Assembly (NCBI GenBank): GCA_965113315.1
Contig: OZ220371.1
DNA from: Podarcis vaucheri
Taxonomy: Eukaryota
Direction: 5' to 3' (one strand)
DNA: 64,000 bases
Shown here in pieces: positions 49,101 through 63,010 of the stretch (the first letter of the stretch is position 1; each line of letters opens with the position of its first letter). A model generated the notes under the pieces. The model was given only the letters and a program-made list of their open reading frames with translations, was not told the DNA's origin and searched no databases. A program made the translations under genes and the position numbers.

Positions 49101-52100
49101 CTGCCTAGATTGAAATTCACAGTAATTCCTTTTCGAGCTTTAGGAGTACCACGTTTCGCCATCCTTGCCTTTTGATGTAGCTTAGATTTTACGCAGGACT
49201 CCTCCAGGCTTTTGGACTTGATTAGTGCAAATCTACCGTGGCATTCTGAAAGGGCAGGGTATAAAATATTTCTAATTATGGAATCACCCGCTTGTGAGAA
49301 TAGCAGACCTCATGTATGGCATTGGTTAGCAGACTGGCTTTTCTTTAAAAACAAAGTCCATAACGACAGAGCTAACTTTATAACTGCAAATGTAGTGTAG
49401 CTTAAAACAGCATGAAAGCAGGCTGGATTGATTTAGAAATAATTGTTAAATGTTTCCTGTAAACTCAGGATTACTCTTTGACATTTATTACGGTATCTGG
49501 AAAAAATAAGGCATATCAGAGTTGCTGTAAACAGTTGCACATTCCAGTGCTTTTTATTTATAATTCTAGCTCCTTTTCTTTCATATAACTAATACATGAT
49601 ATACACAGAATATATGACTGTGTTACAAAGTCATTCTGTGTTCTTAGAGCTTAATATAATCAAATTCATTGCCTAAAGATGGTGTAGTTGAAGATTTGAT
49701 CCCTTTCCACTGAAGTGGAAATACTTTCAGTAATTGAAAGCAGATTCATGTCTGGAGTTCTACAAGCCAAGGTTTTCATTTTCAAAAATAAACCTTTTGT
49801 TCTCCAACTTTAAATGTTTGAGTGAAGCATCCAGAGACCACTGTTTGCTTATTGTCTAATGTGGTAGTTAAGAGCTATTGGAAATACTTTAAGGGAAATG
49901 TTTATTAGAATTCCACTTATTTTGGACAATTCTTGGGTTTAGCTTCACTATATATAACATGTTAAAATACAGAATGTTTTTTTATGAATTCTGTTTTTTA
50001 CATGCACATTCCATATTTCATGCACATTCTGTTTTTACATAAGCATACAGTGGTGGCAGTTAATACATTTCTTCAACCTTTAGCTAATACTTCAAGCTGA
50101 TTTCAAAATTGAGATGCGGACTGGATCTTGAGGAACTTTGAAGGGGTAGTGGTCTACCTCACCAAACAAACCTGGACAGCAGCTCTTTGTTAACTTTGTT
50201 TCCGTTTTCTGGCTATCATCTTCAAAAAAATTCTTTCAAGAATGCTTTTAGTCAATTCAGGAATAGTTGGGTGGGAAATAGACATTGCGGACCTTCAGGC
50301 AAAGACGGATCTGCTACTGACCTGGTCAGGAATTTGGAGAGTAGAAGACAAGGGAGATAAATAGTAGGACCTGCCTTACCTTTGTAGGCCCTTTAAACAG
50401 CAAAATAAATTGACTGAAATTATGTGAGAAAAGTTCCCAAGGATTGGAACATCCAGCACTGCATACATATCTGTATATATCTTGTACAGCATGCACAGCA
50501 TATCATTTGTATTGATTGCCTGATGGAATGAGTCAGTGTTACCTTTTGATCTTTTTACAGACTGCCATTAAGGTGAGTCAGTAAATGTGCATATTTGTAT
50601 TAATGATAATGTAATTGCTCCTAAAAACCATGGGGTGGCCTGTCTTGTTCAATTTTTGTAGATTTTTGAAATCACTTTGCAAAACTATTGAAAACTATGA
50701 GAAAAACACTCAGATGTATATATGTTAATTCCACATTTTTTATGTTTATAATATATAAAGTAAAGCTATTATACTTTTAAAAATAATTACTTGGCTCATT
50801 TCAGAAAGATGATTGGGCTAATTGTTACATAGTGCAGTTTCCTTTTTCAGATAATTTCATAAATTAGCAATTCACATTACAAATCTCTACAATTTTGAGG
50901 GGGGAAGCCTATGTAGATCTTTTACTTAATTAGCTGTACGTTATTATTAACACTAAAAGTTTTTGTTTTGTTTTCTTCCCCAGTTCAGATTTGGACACAG
51001 AAATTTAAAGTAATTTCAGTTTAAAGTGGAAAGAATTTCTCTTCTGAAGTGATAGTAGCTGTCTAAATACAGTGATCCTGATAATTAATGGTGTATGGCA
51101 GATTACATGCTTTATGCCAGGTATTCAGTTCTTTAGAAGATTCACAAGAGAAGGGTTGCTAAGCACCCACCACTACTGCAAGTAATGTAAAATGACCCAA
51201 ATTAAAGAACCTATTCAGAGCTGTATTTTTGCATTTGCTGAAGTGCATTTCAAAAGATTTAACAAGACTTATACAATTAGCTGAAAAAAGACCCCTTTTC
51301 AGCAATGATCAGCAATTAAAGGATCAGAATACAGAACTTCACATTTTGTTTATAACTTTTCCTTTTCCTTTTCAGCCCATTCTTTGAACTAAACAATGGT
51401 GACTAGCAAATTTAACCAACCTTTCTAGAAATAAATGCTGATGCCGTGTATATACAGAATACGATAGCCTGAATTCGTTTCCTCTGAATGGGAACTTTGG
51501 AACTTTGTTTTCCTTTTCATTGTAGAACAGTTTTTTTATGAGCGCAACCCACTGTAAAGTCTTTTTGAGACCTGTTTGAGCCCCATTGAAATGAATAAGA
51601 GCAGCTCAAGAACAGGAGTAGAAGGAGTAACTGGAGATTTGCATCTTGTTTTTGCAGCAACATACAAGCCCATTATTCTTTTATTAAGGGCTCCATTTAA
51701 ATATTTCTATACAGAGAAATATGTACAAATTGCAAATGAATTGCACTACAGCTTTAGTTTAAAGGCCTGTTTGATGGGAAATTTTGATTATATTTGTTTC
51801 CCAACCTTTTTTTAGGCCTGTGTCCTAATGAGCCTCCTTTTTCTGAAAATAGGAAACTGAATCAAACCTATTCAATAGTTGGATTATAAATATTCACAGT
51901 ATTTAAAGCAAATTTAATTAACCTTTCAAATTTTCATTACTTACTAATTACATGAAGTAACAGTGCATATTTTCTCTTTTTTTTTTTTTTTGGAGAAAGG
52001 TCTGTGCATCAAAATGGCCAGAATGCATCTTTAGAGTTTAGAGTTGTAAGTGCAATATGGCAGAACAGGCATAAGTTCACAGTATTAACTCCTGTGTTTT

Positions 52101-52708
52101 TTTTTACTTAAGGCACTTGCAGAAGCTGCTCTCCATTTTGAACTGTGTAACTTGAAAGCTTGCATATGCCACCACCTGCAAAAGTGTTGCCAATGAAGGG
52201 TATCAGACTGGATTGTAATTTTTATTCCCCAGAGTCATTATGCAACAACTACCCACACCCAAGCTTTTAGACAATATCTCAAAACAGTTAGGTGGGAAAA
52301 CAAAACTGGAAGACCATTATAAAGTCATGTGAAATAGGTGGAGCTTCAGATTTGGATCATAATCATAGAAAAGTATTTAGGGATTCTTATTTTTTGCACA
52401 ACACAGATTAAGCCTCTGTGGTGTTTATTACTGTGGTGTTAAACCAGTGGTGTTTATTACTGAGTGAAATATATTTAGAATAAGGGTGATAGTAGTTGAT
52501 TCATGTGATTTCAGTAGGACAAGATTAGTGTGTCAATAATATATACTTGTTTTAAAAAGTGGTATTACAGATCTCCAGAGTACTTTGTGAATGGTCAGCA
52601 GTTTCACTTTCTAAGTTTTATAACGATAAATGGCATGCCTTTCTACCAATTTTAATTATTTTATTTTAAATGTAAGGGCTAACCGTAAAAAAAAACCATT
52701 TTCCAGTG

Positions 52709-52800
52709 CAATCCTATACATGTCTATGCAGAAGTATGTTCCACTAAGTTTGGTTAGGCTTACTCTCAGGTAGGTAGGTATGGGTTTGTACCCTTAATCC
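52709..52800. mobile_element. Ancient short hairpin repeat (related copy at 60553-60632)
   Basis: caatccta...cagaagta...cttactc.caggta family. Confidence 0.55.
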
Positions 52801-54075
52801 TGGAGAAACAGGTGTAAGTAATTACAGACAGATCTAGATCTTTTTTCTCTCTCTCACACACACACACCCCCCCCCACAGTTTATGGTACTACTTTTTTCT
52901 TTAAAGAGCAGCTCCCCCCCCCACCTCTCCCTGCTATAAACAATGCTTTTAAAACATTTTCTGAAATTCAAAAATATTTGGGTAGGAGGCAATCAGATAT
53001 TAGAAGAAACCCACAGGTTTATTAACAGATTCTAACTTAAATGTTAGCTCAGTGACTATGTTGGTTATGCTGGTGCAAAAAGTGAAAAAGGAAGTGAACT
53101 TTAATTTTTTTATATTGCTCATTTTAATGTCTCCTTTTTCATTGCATTGATTTCACCTCTTTATTTAGTAGTTCTTGGGTTCTTTTTCTATCAGACTTTG
53201 CTGACATTCATTTAATAATTCAAGCTAGTTAAAATTTGATTGAAAATTATTAAGCCGCAACCCCTGCTGGGTGTATGAAATTCGTCATGTGGCACACTGG
53301 TTTGTACTATAATTTTTTTTAAGAACCCTGACTAACAGAGTTTGTTTTTTGTATGTTGTTTGCTGCCTTAACTGCATGAGAGGCAGACAGGAAATTTACC
53401 AATAAATAGGTAAAAGAGAGGAGATAGCTGTGATCTTTTGGTTGTATTTTATGGCTATGTTGTTATTTTGGTCTCAATATGTGAACTGATAGGAAAGGAT
53501 CATGGTGCATAAAAGTGCCAAGTAAGCTATAGGAGGATCTGCACACTGCTGTAACCAGAGTAATATATAGTAGATTTTACTTACCTTTGAGTGTTGTATC
53601 TTAGGTTTATTACTGCATTAGCGCAAGAATCAAGAGTAGTCATTTCTTGTGGACGACTTTTGAAAGAAAAAGATTTACTAAGAAAGTGAGAAGCAAGTTT
53701 TATAAAGCCTTTTGCAAATGGGTACATTTTTATTTTAGACAAAAGAAATAAATGTAGCTGTCCTGCAAATTTCAGTTTTAAAATGAACTTTTTATTGAAA
53801 GTAGCCATGTTCAAATTGTTTGTGCTAATTTTTGCAGAACACCTCTTTCAGTCATAAACATTTTAAGAGGAGGGGAATGTTGCCCGGGGAGCTGTAAAAT
53901 GTAGTCTGGAAGACTTTTAACACTCTTTCTTTTTAACTAAAACAAAATTGCCTTATGTAACACAGTTAACATAGTTAACCTTTTATAATTATTTAACCAT
54001 TATTTCATTAATGTTGCCCTCTGCTTAAATGTTATACATTACTGCAAAAGACACCTGGCCGTGCTCTTAAAAGTT

Positions 54076-54242
54076 NNNNNNNNNNNNNNNNNNNNNNNNN
54101 NNNNNNNNNNNNNNNNNNNNNNNNNNNNNNNNNNNNNNNNNNNNNNNNNNNNNNNNNNNNNNNNNNNNNNNNNNNNNNNNNNNNNNNNNNNNNNNNNNNN
54201 NNNNNNNNNNNNNNNNNNNNNNNNNNNNNNNNNNNNNNNNNN
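54076..54242. other. Assembly gap
   Basis: Run of N. Confidence 1.
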
Positions 54243-54619
54243 GCATATCATCAGTAAAGTGACCTTGATGGAGGTGGAAAAAAACATTTGGCCTTTTTTT
54301 TAATGACAGTCTCTCCCCCCTCCCCACTTGGTTTACCACTGCAAGAGAATTCATCATATAGTTTTATCATCATCATCTCTTTCTGTTTTGAAAGTGATTT
54401 CTTTTTATCATAACTCATCAGTCAGTTTTTCAAAATATAGATGGACATTTTACTGATGATGGTAGATTTTAGTACTTAAAGGTTTAGCCTATCGTTTGAC
54501 AGATATGGAAATACACTTCATTAAATATTAAAGTGACCCGGCTAGCTGACCAGCCTTAAGGATCTTTTAAAGATAATGGTTATTTTCTATGCAAAGGACC
54601 AGCTTCTATCCTACTTCCC

Positions 54620-54868
54620 AGAGAGCCAGTGTGGTGTAGTGGTTAAGAGTGGTGGACTCGTAATCTGGTGAACCGGGTGCGCGTCTCCACTCCTCCACAT
54701 GCAGCTGCTGGGTGACCTTGGGCCAGTCACACTTCTCTGAAGTCTCTCAGCCCCACTCACCTCACAGAGTGTTTGTTGTGAGGGAGGAAGGGAAGGAGAT
54801 TGTCAGCCACTATGACACTCCTTAAAGGGAGTGAAAGGCGGGTTATCAAATCCAAACTCTTCTTCTCT
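54620..54868 (+). mobile_element. Squam2-type tRNA SINE
   Basis: gtggtgtagtggttaagag head, gtgaccttggg core, (CTT)n tail. Confidence 0.85.
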
Positions 54869-56867
54869 AGATTTTTTTTTAAAGCTAATATGAAGAGTAA
54901 GTTACCAGCTTCAGTTTTAGCTGGTGATGTAGCTGGTGTATGAAACGGCTTAGTTGGACTTGGTTCAAGTCAAAGCAGAACTGAGGCTGTTCTAGATATT
55001 ATAGTAAAAATTAGATAAAAATGAAGGCTGTGCCTCTAGTTAAGCATACTATATGTAAGTTTTCTTGATCTGAATAAAACTTTTAACTGGACCTCTTCAA
55101 AAAATCACAAGTTGTTATGGTGGCTTTATGTATTCTTGGGTCAATTCAGTCAGTAAATGCATTTAGAAAATTGCTGACTGATTGTGTGAATTCCCGTGAG
55201 GACTTCAACCACTGAACTGGAACTTTGGATATTATGAAAAGTTATTTGAAGACTATCATTGCAATATGGAAGCACATTTACTTAGAAGTAACTGACATGG
55301 AGTATGATTCGATCAAGTTACGAACTTTTAAATCCTATCATTTCTCACGTTAAGCACATGCATAACTCCCGCCCACTGAAATTTATTATTGATATTAATT
55401 GCCTTTTAAAGTTCAGGTCTTCAGACTTTAGTTATAATTGAGATCAGTCACTACCAACTTTTTAAAATTTAAAATGTCCAAAATGTCTGTTGACCAGCAG
55501 TTACCACAATTAAAATCACACAAACCTCCCTCACAGGGTTGTTATGAGGATAAAATGGGGAGGAGGGGAACTATGTATACCACCTCAAGCTGCTTGGAGG
55601 AAAGATGAGATATAAATGTAATTAAAGAAATAAATTAGGTAAGACAATTGGGTTTTTTTAAAACGACAACAGCAGTGGTGGTTAATCAGAGAGTTGCAGT
55701 CAGAGGCTTTTCGACATATCACGCGGCAAAGGTTTTTATTTCTGCCATTTGATTATAATTAAGCAAAATGTTTTTCCTTTCTATCCAATAATATTGTCTA
55801 TACTGTATAAATTATTTCATAGGTTCCAATGTTCTGAGTGGTTAATTATGAAACTATGTCAAGATGTAACTTAAGTGGTTTTTAATTCTGTGCAATGTAG
55901 ACAAACTCCCACAAGCTAAGCATTTTCTCACTTAGATCTCTCTTATACACATTTTCTGCCTCTTTGTCTGTCTCAGTTTGTCTCTATCTTTCAATCATTT
56001 TAAAGTTCTAAAAAAAAACAAAAGACCCTATAATGAGCCCTTTTTTTAAGTCCAGAGCATCCTGCCAAAAATATGGCCAGGATCCAAAGAACTATGGAAG
56101 CACTTCCAGGAACCCAAGGGCCCTTTCTCTCCGCCTCCACATACCATGCCACATGGCTTTGAAAGCAAGGCAAGCCTTAGTACCCCGTGATGCTTCATGC
56201 ATGCTCAACAGCAGTCAAAAAAATTTGGTTTGGCTTAATAGCCAGCAGTTACTAGGTTTTCAAATGTCTTCTTCCAAATGCCCCCAGGTGAGGTACAAGG
56301 AAACACAAGAGAGGTTGTTTTCAATGTTCCCACCCATCTGTGAAATGCTGTCTTCAAGTTTTCCTGGGTACATCATTTTTTTGTTTTCTTGTGTCCTTTA
56401 ATACTTCTAAATTTGGTCTCATGCCCTGTTTATGGGGAGGAGTGACTAACCTGAGAGGCATGCTTACCTCTGGGCAACCCTCCAAGGACAACATGGCAGT
56501 CAAAAGTGGTTCTGGCCACCCTACACTCACACATGCATGCACACACACACAGGTGCACAGCCCCAAAGCTGATTCATGCAGATCAGCTGAGGGCTGAGTT
56601 TTAGCAGTTTGCATCTTAATCAGGGTGCTAGACTTCCAAATCACAGGTGAATTGATAGGATCCTGCAGAGGGAGAAATATTTTTTGGGGGGAGGTGCAGA
56701 TTAGCTTCCTCTTATTTATAAGATGATTTTTAAATACAGCTATACCTTTTGTTGCTTTGTTTTATTGTAATAGATTTATATTGAGTAAAGCAATCCTGGA
56801 TTGTTATTTTTTATACAGGATCTCAAATAATTATGTATAGTAGCCCAACTCTGCTACTTACCCCATT

Positions 56868-56958
56868 TATTGTATTTTAGTGTTTTGTTGGAAGCCGCCC
56901 AGAGTGGCTGGGGAAACCCAGTCAGATGGGCGGGGTATAAATAATAAATTATTATTAT
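56868..56958 (+). mobile_element. L2 3' end
   Basis: Matches the reverse complement of about 20870-20950. Confidence 0.8.
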
Positions 56959-58105
56959 CCCTAAGCTCTCTAGCACATGCAGAAAGCTCAGCAAAAAAAG
57001 GTGGTGCTTTTCTCTTATTATGTATCATAGATAAATTAAAAAAGAAAGTACACTTGGTGAGCTACAGTCCGTCCGTCCGCCCGCCCACCCCCGCATTTGC
57101 TGCATCTCCCTGCATTGTAGGCCTTTCCTAAAGGCCTCCACTTCTCAGGAATTTCCCAGGAGAGACTTGTGGTGGGCAAGGGCACAAAGAAGGGCCACTA
57201 GCCCCTTACCCCTGTAGCAGGCATAGAACATCATAGCAGTAAGTTCCTGTGAGGGATTGGTCTCGAGTGTAGGGGGGGAAAGCTGTCAAAAATGCTGTCA
57301 AAAGAACTGAAGGTACTGCTTGAAGTAAAGCACATGAAATACTGCTGCAGTGAGACATTAAATAATGGAGTCAGTCAAAGACAAACCCTTTCTTTGCTTT
57401 AAAGAGTTAGTGCTTTCAGAATATTCGATCATCATTTCAAATATTTCACAATATTTGACTGGTGGATTGACCAATGATTTTTGACTAATCAAAAGCACAA
57501 CTTCAACACGCATCTTGTTTTCTATTTATTTTGATAGGGAATATCCTTTCAAAGCACTTCAGCAAAAGCACTCCTGAAAGTTACATCCATGTGTCTTTCA
57601 TAGCTAGACAGCAGGTTAAAATTCAATAGACTTAGCCTCTTTTATCACTGTATCTGCAGCTCTTGAACTTCTGTTTGTCATGAGACATTTAAAACACAGA
57701 AACCCTGCCAGCAAATGTGAACCTTATCAGAAAACACACACATCATTATTGTCTAGTTTCATTTAGGGTTGGGTTTTTGTTTTAATACATAGTGGAGTGA
57801 GAGTGAGAGAGAGCAATGAAGCTAAAAGGAGCCTGGCTACTTTGAGTATCATTATTGGTTCCTATGTACTTCTACTCTTTTCCCTACGCATGGAGGGTTT
57901 CCCCAGGTGCAATAAGGAACTGGCAGTCATGCTAGAGAACCATTAATACTTTAGCTGCTTACTTCATTCCTTCCTCAAAATGCAAGGCAAAATGTGAGAG
58001 GAGAGAGAGACCTCAGAAGACTCAGGGGAAGGGTTTTGCTTCAATTTTTGCTGAGCTTTAGAGAAGATGAAAGTGATGTGGATCTTCACTGCTTCTATGC
58101 CTTGA

Positions 58106-58110
<5 letters not shown>

Positions 58111-58153
<43 letters not shown>

Positions 58154-58162
58154 TGTGTGTGT
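58111..58162. repeat. (TC)n(GT)n compound microsatellite
   Basis: Seen directly. Confidence 0.95.
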
Positions 58163-60813
58163 AAAAGAGACAGAGACACTCAATCCTTTACTCCCCTGAT
58201 TTCTTTGTGTATTTTGGGACTAAGCTAGATATGGAATTAATGAATGCCATTAACAGACCCATTTTTTTTGTTTGTTATGTAAATAGCAGGTAAGGGAAGC
58301 CTGAACAGTCTTGGAATGCTGGGAGTGAGAGGGGAAGTATGACTTTTTTCTGCCACAGTCCTGAGCAATTAACATGCAATTAACATGTTTGGCCCTCAGA
58401 CTTGGATGGAGCAGGATTAGCCTCTTATGCAGAGCCTAGAGGTCATGCTTTCTTCAGATTGCCCTACAGGTCTTTTGGAACAATTTTTAAAGACACCTCT
58501 AGAAAGGCTCTATATACTGGCATGTAATTGAGTTAATTGAGATTTTGTTTTGCTCTTGACAACAAATAGAGTTCCTTCCAGGATACAGTCTAATGGGATA
58601 GCTCAGATCTAGAGTATTTATGGCTTGAACCAACCTTGCGGGCCTGTTTGCTCATTAATTTCCCCAGAGAAATCTCAATTTGGTATGAGTCTTTTGCTCA
58701 TGCATGCCCCTTCCATTCACTACAAGTAGAAATTAAAGAGTGAATAGGCTATGCAGCATTTGTTTGAATGCAATACCTCCCTGCCCACCAACCTGTCCTT
58801 GTAAAGAATGGCTTTGTTTTACTGGGCTTTCAGAAAAATATCACGCTCATATAAATGCTGTGCTACCCCATTCACTTATTACTTTCTCCCTGTAATGAAG
58901 GGGCATGCATGCTCCAGAGACTCATAAAGGACTGGCATTTCAACCTATAAAGTAATGAGTGAACAGTGAGCCCAGGTGATCTCACTCCACGGATAAAAAC
59001 CATTATTCTTTATTACTAATTGATCAGACTGAGTATAACAGAGCGTGAATTCTAGGCATACGCTTTTTAGTTGGAGAAGCTATCTGTAGGACAAACAAAG
59101 CTTTGGCCTTCAAAGGACTTGTACACACTATAAGGCATTGTGATTCTTGTGCACTAATTTACAGTTACTTTCTTTAATTGTTTGCATGCTGGTAACTTCT
59201 ATTGTTTAGTTATGTGCTGGAGTAAACAGCTGTTTTGTAAGATACAAAATGAGATAAAAATGATGCAGTTCCCCTTACAATATTGATCCAAATATTGTAC
59301 TTCAGGATTCACTTGAATCCCAACATCATAGTTTGGGTGTGCACACATGTATGTATTACAGACAATGGCCAGTTTATGCATGTCCAATTGATGTGTGGCT
59401 GTGCATGCGCACATCACAACAACCCAGAAGTGGCTGGAAAAGGAGGTGGAACAGGCAGGCCGGGGGCAGAAGCGTTAAGTGTAACAGGGTGAAGTGGGCT
59501 TATACATGCTCCACTGTCACATGTTATGACCTGGAATGCAAGCCGCACACAAATCAAGTGTTGCCTGTACAGTAATATCCCACCTTTCATCAATAGAACA
59601 CAAGGCAGTGTATGTAATTTCCATGCATCAAGTGTCCCTTACTAAGGGAGTGTTGCCTGAATTAGGTACTGCAAATGAACAACAGCTGCATACCTCAGGT
59701 GTGAAAAAAGAAGGGTGGAGGATCACCCTTGTCTGTAAAGACCAATGGAAGTTGGAGTGAGGAAAAGCATTAAAATGAAGGTGAAATTCATTAGGGCAAT
59801 GGTTTAGAAGAAAACGTTAAAAGCTGAGTTGGGCAACACTTCTCATATTATGAAAGGATAAATCCCTAACTATTGTAACTTTAGTGGCACAACTTGGAAT
59901 ATTATGAAAAAACTGGAGGGGAAAATGCATGTTGTTAAAATGTAATTGGCAATGAAAGAATCTCATAAGGGACCATCTATTTCCAAAGGCATTGAAAATG
60001 GCACCATGTAATACATGGCTGCAATAAGGAATGATTGAATGATGAGCCGTGTAGCATTCTTTGGGTTGTATCCAGTGTTGTCTCTCGCACTGGTGGATGG
60101 CTATTTGATCCAGAAAAGGCTTATGTCAGTGAAATAAGGACTGTTATTGCTGATCTCACTTGTCCCCTGAAGCCCCTGCCTCTATGCTGTTCCAAAGGAT
60201 CCTAACCCTTTAGCAGTTTTGGGAGTGTGCAGGGAGCTGCACGGAGAGGAAGAACTAGTGAAAATAATCTCCCAGTTCTGTGGATGGATGTCACCACTAA
60301 AACAGCCATCTATCACAAGGAACACCATTGAATAGGATATTGTAGTTCTGCAAAGTTGTCCTTAGGTATCTGTATGTTTAAACTGGGTGGAATTTTACAC
60401 ACTTGAGTAATATTGACTTAAACTCACAGAGGATGTGACAGAATTGACCCCAGTTTCTATAACCAACAGTGGTGCACACTAAAAGTCAAAATGATTTGCA
60501 GTATGTTGAACTAGAATCATTGTACAAGCACTAAATGGTTTATTCAGGCAGAAATCCTAATCCCACTTACCTGGGAGCAAGCCCTATTGGGTTCAGTAGT
60601 ATTTACTTCTGAGTGGAGATGGTTAGGATTACGCTGTAAGCAAATGTTGAAAGTCATTTGCTGGCTGGTGCATACTTCAGGAGCATGATTGTATCTGTGG
60701 CAGTGTTGATTTTGCCCAACATGACAATCATTAATAAACAATTTTTCTTTTAAAATCATTCTCCATATGTCATAGAGGAATTCATACTTTATTTATTATT
60801 ATATTTGTATATT

Positions 60814-61170
60814 GGGTGGCGCTGTGGCTAAACCACTGAGGCTAGGGCTTGCCAATCAGAAGGTTGGTGGTTCGAATCCCGCGACGGGGTGAGCTCACAT
60901 TGCTCGGTCCCTGCTCCTGCCCACCTAGCAGTTCGAAAGCACATCAAAGTGCAAGTAGATAAATAGGTACTGCTCCAGCGGGAAGGTAAACGGCATTTCC
61001 GTGCGCTGCTCTGGTTCACCATAAGCAGCTTAGTCATGCTGGCCACATGACCCAGAAGCTATTTGCAGACAAACCCTGGCTCCCTCGGCCTAAAGAGTGA
61101 GATGAGTGCCGTAACCCCAGAGTCATTCGCAACTGGACCTAACGGTCAGGGGTACCTTTACCTTTACCTT
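60814..61170 (+). mobile_element. Sauria SINE (slightly 5' clipped)
   Basis: Body and (ACCTTT)n tail. Confidence 0.92.
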
Positions 61171-62297
61171 TTTATATTTATGTGGATCTAGATTATGGGT
61201 GGAATTTCTGGGACCATGCTTATTTCAGATATGATCAGTATTTCTGGATAGAATTGTCAGATTTGTAGAAACGAGAAACATATTTCCATGCACTACAGCA
61301 ATACAGTCATTGTGGTAACAATAGGCAATACTTGAGGATTAAATAATGGCAATCTTTTACAGCCAGTTGTGCCAGTGTACTGTACTGATATATGTCATGC
61401 AGTACCATCCCTTTAGAAGTAAGTTCCACGGTGTTCAGTCTGTAATCCTGTACTCACTAACGAGAGAAAACCTCACTGAAATCAATGGAAGTTACTTCTG
61501 ATTAATATTTATTCCACCTGTGTATATTTACTTGGAAGAAAGTTGCATAAAACTTAATGGGACTTCTTTATTGGGCTTTATAGTTGTCAAGGTGAGCAAC
61601 TTATTTGAGAGAAGTTGAAGTCAATACAAACAATATGTTTAGAACTGAACTCAAAGGCATGTATTTTGATTGATAAAATTGCAGTTGGTTCATGATTCCA
61701 TATCATGAATAGTAGAATTAAGCCTACTATCCTACCTTAGACCAATTTTCTACAAACTAGCACTGCATATTCTAATGTGGCATATTGAAACAAACAGTTG
61801 TTAAATCTCAATTATTAGACATTGAGAGGAAGAATAATTCAAATATTCATCTGACGTGTGTGTTCATATTTGTAGTGTTTCTTTTCCATTCATTCATTTG
61901 TGGAAACAGAGTTCTTGGGAAATGACATAAATCTACATGCTATAATTTTCCTGAGTGCTAGATATTGCGTTTGTATATCTGACTTGGCTGAAACATTTCT
62001 AAATGGTCCCTTTGGCTACACATCTGAGGAGGCTCATAAACAGAAATAATTCCTTTCCAAGTCAATTATAACTCATGCTTGCTAAATTGATTCAAGATCT
62101 GCTTGTGTCAGACAAGTAACCTAATGAGTATTTTGCTTTTGAGGAAACCACATCTCAGTGCTTAAAGGGGAGATGAAGGATATGGAAACGAGAAGATCTT
62201 CATTTTTGTAGAATGACAGAATATGAACAAATGGAAGTTTTCTTCTAAGTGCTCTTTTGTGCATATGCCAGCTAGTTTGAGGTGTGACTTTAGTTAT

Positions 62298-62455
62298 GAA
62301 GAAGAAGAAGAGTTTGGATTTGATATCCCGCCTTTCACTCCCCTTCAGGAGTCTCAAAGCGGCTAACATTCTCCTTTCCCTTCCTCCCCCACAACAAACA
62401 CTCTGTGAGGTGAGTGGGGCTGAGAGACTTCAAAGAAGTGTGACTGGCCCAAGGT
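62298..62455 (-). mobile_element. Squam2 SINE, 5' truncated
   Basis: Reverse complement of about 54715-54868. Confidence 0.85.
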
Positions 62456-62874
62456 TATGCTGTTGTACTCTCCTTTAATTTTTTTCCTCAGTAATATAAA
62501 AACATATTGTTAATATTTGCTCATGTTTCTTACTTGGAGAACTGAAGTGATAGGATTCCAAGGTAATGGAAGACATTCTTTTTCACCAATTCTGAGTGCT
62601 GCCAGATGGCATGTTTAATGAGCACTCATCTTGATGTGTTTGAAGCGAGATCAGATGATGCTGTCCATTTATTATCATTATTATGTTATATTTGTTAAAT
62701 TTCTATATTTAATAAGCATTCACTCTGATTTGTTTATGGGATGGCTGGATAATGTTGCCTCAAAGCTTGTGGAACATGTTGGCATCAGTTTGTCTTGGGA
62801 GACAATGGACGAGTGTGCCTTTGGGGGTGAAGACAAAGTGTTGGAGAGTTACAGCACCTGCTGTGGCTGTAGAG

Positions 62875-63010
62875 CAGGCATGGCCAAACTTGGCTCTCCA
62901 CCTGTTTTGAGACTAAAATTCCCGTCATCCCTGACCACTGGTCCTGTTAGCTAGGGATGATGGGAGTTGTAGTCCCAAAACAGCTGGAGGGCCAAGTTTG
63001 GCCATGCCTG
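62875..63010. mobile_element. hAT MITE
   Basis: CAGGCATGGCCAAACT TIRs; 8-bp TSD ctgtagag/ttgtagag. Confidence 0.88.
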
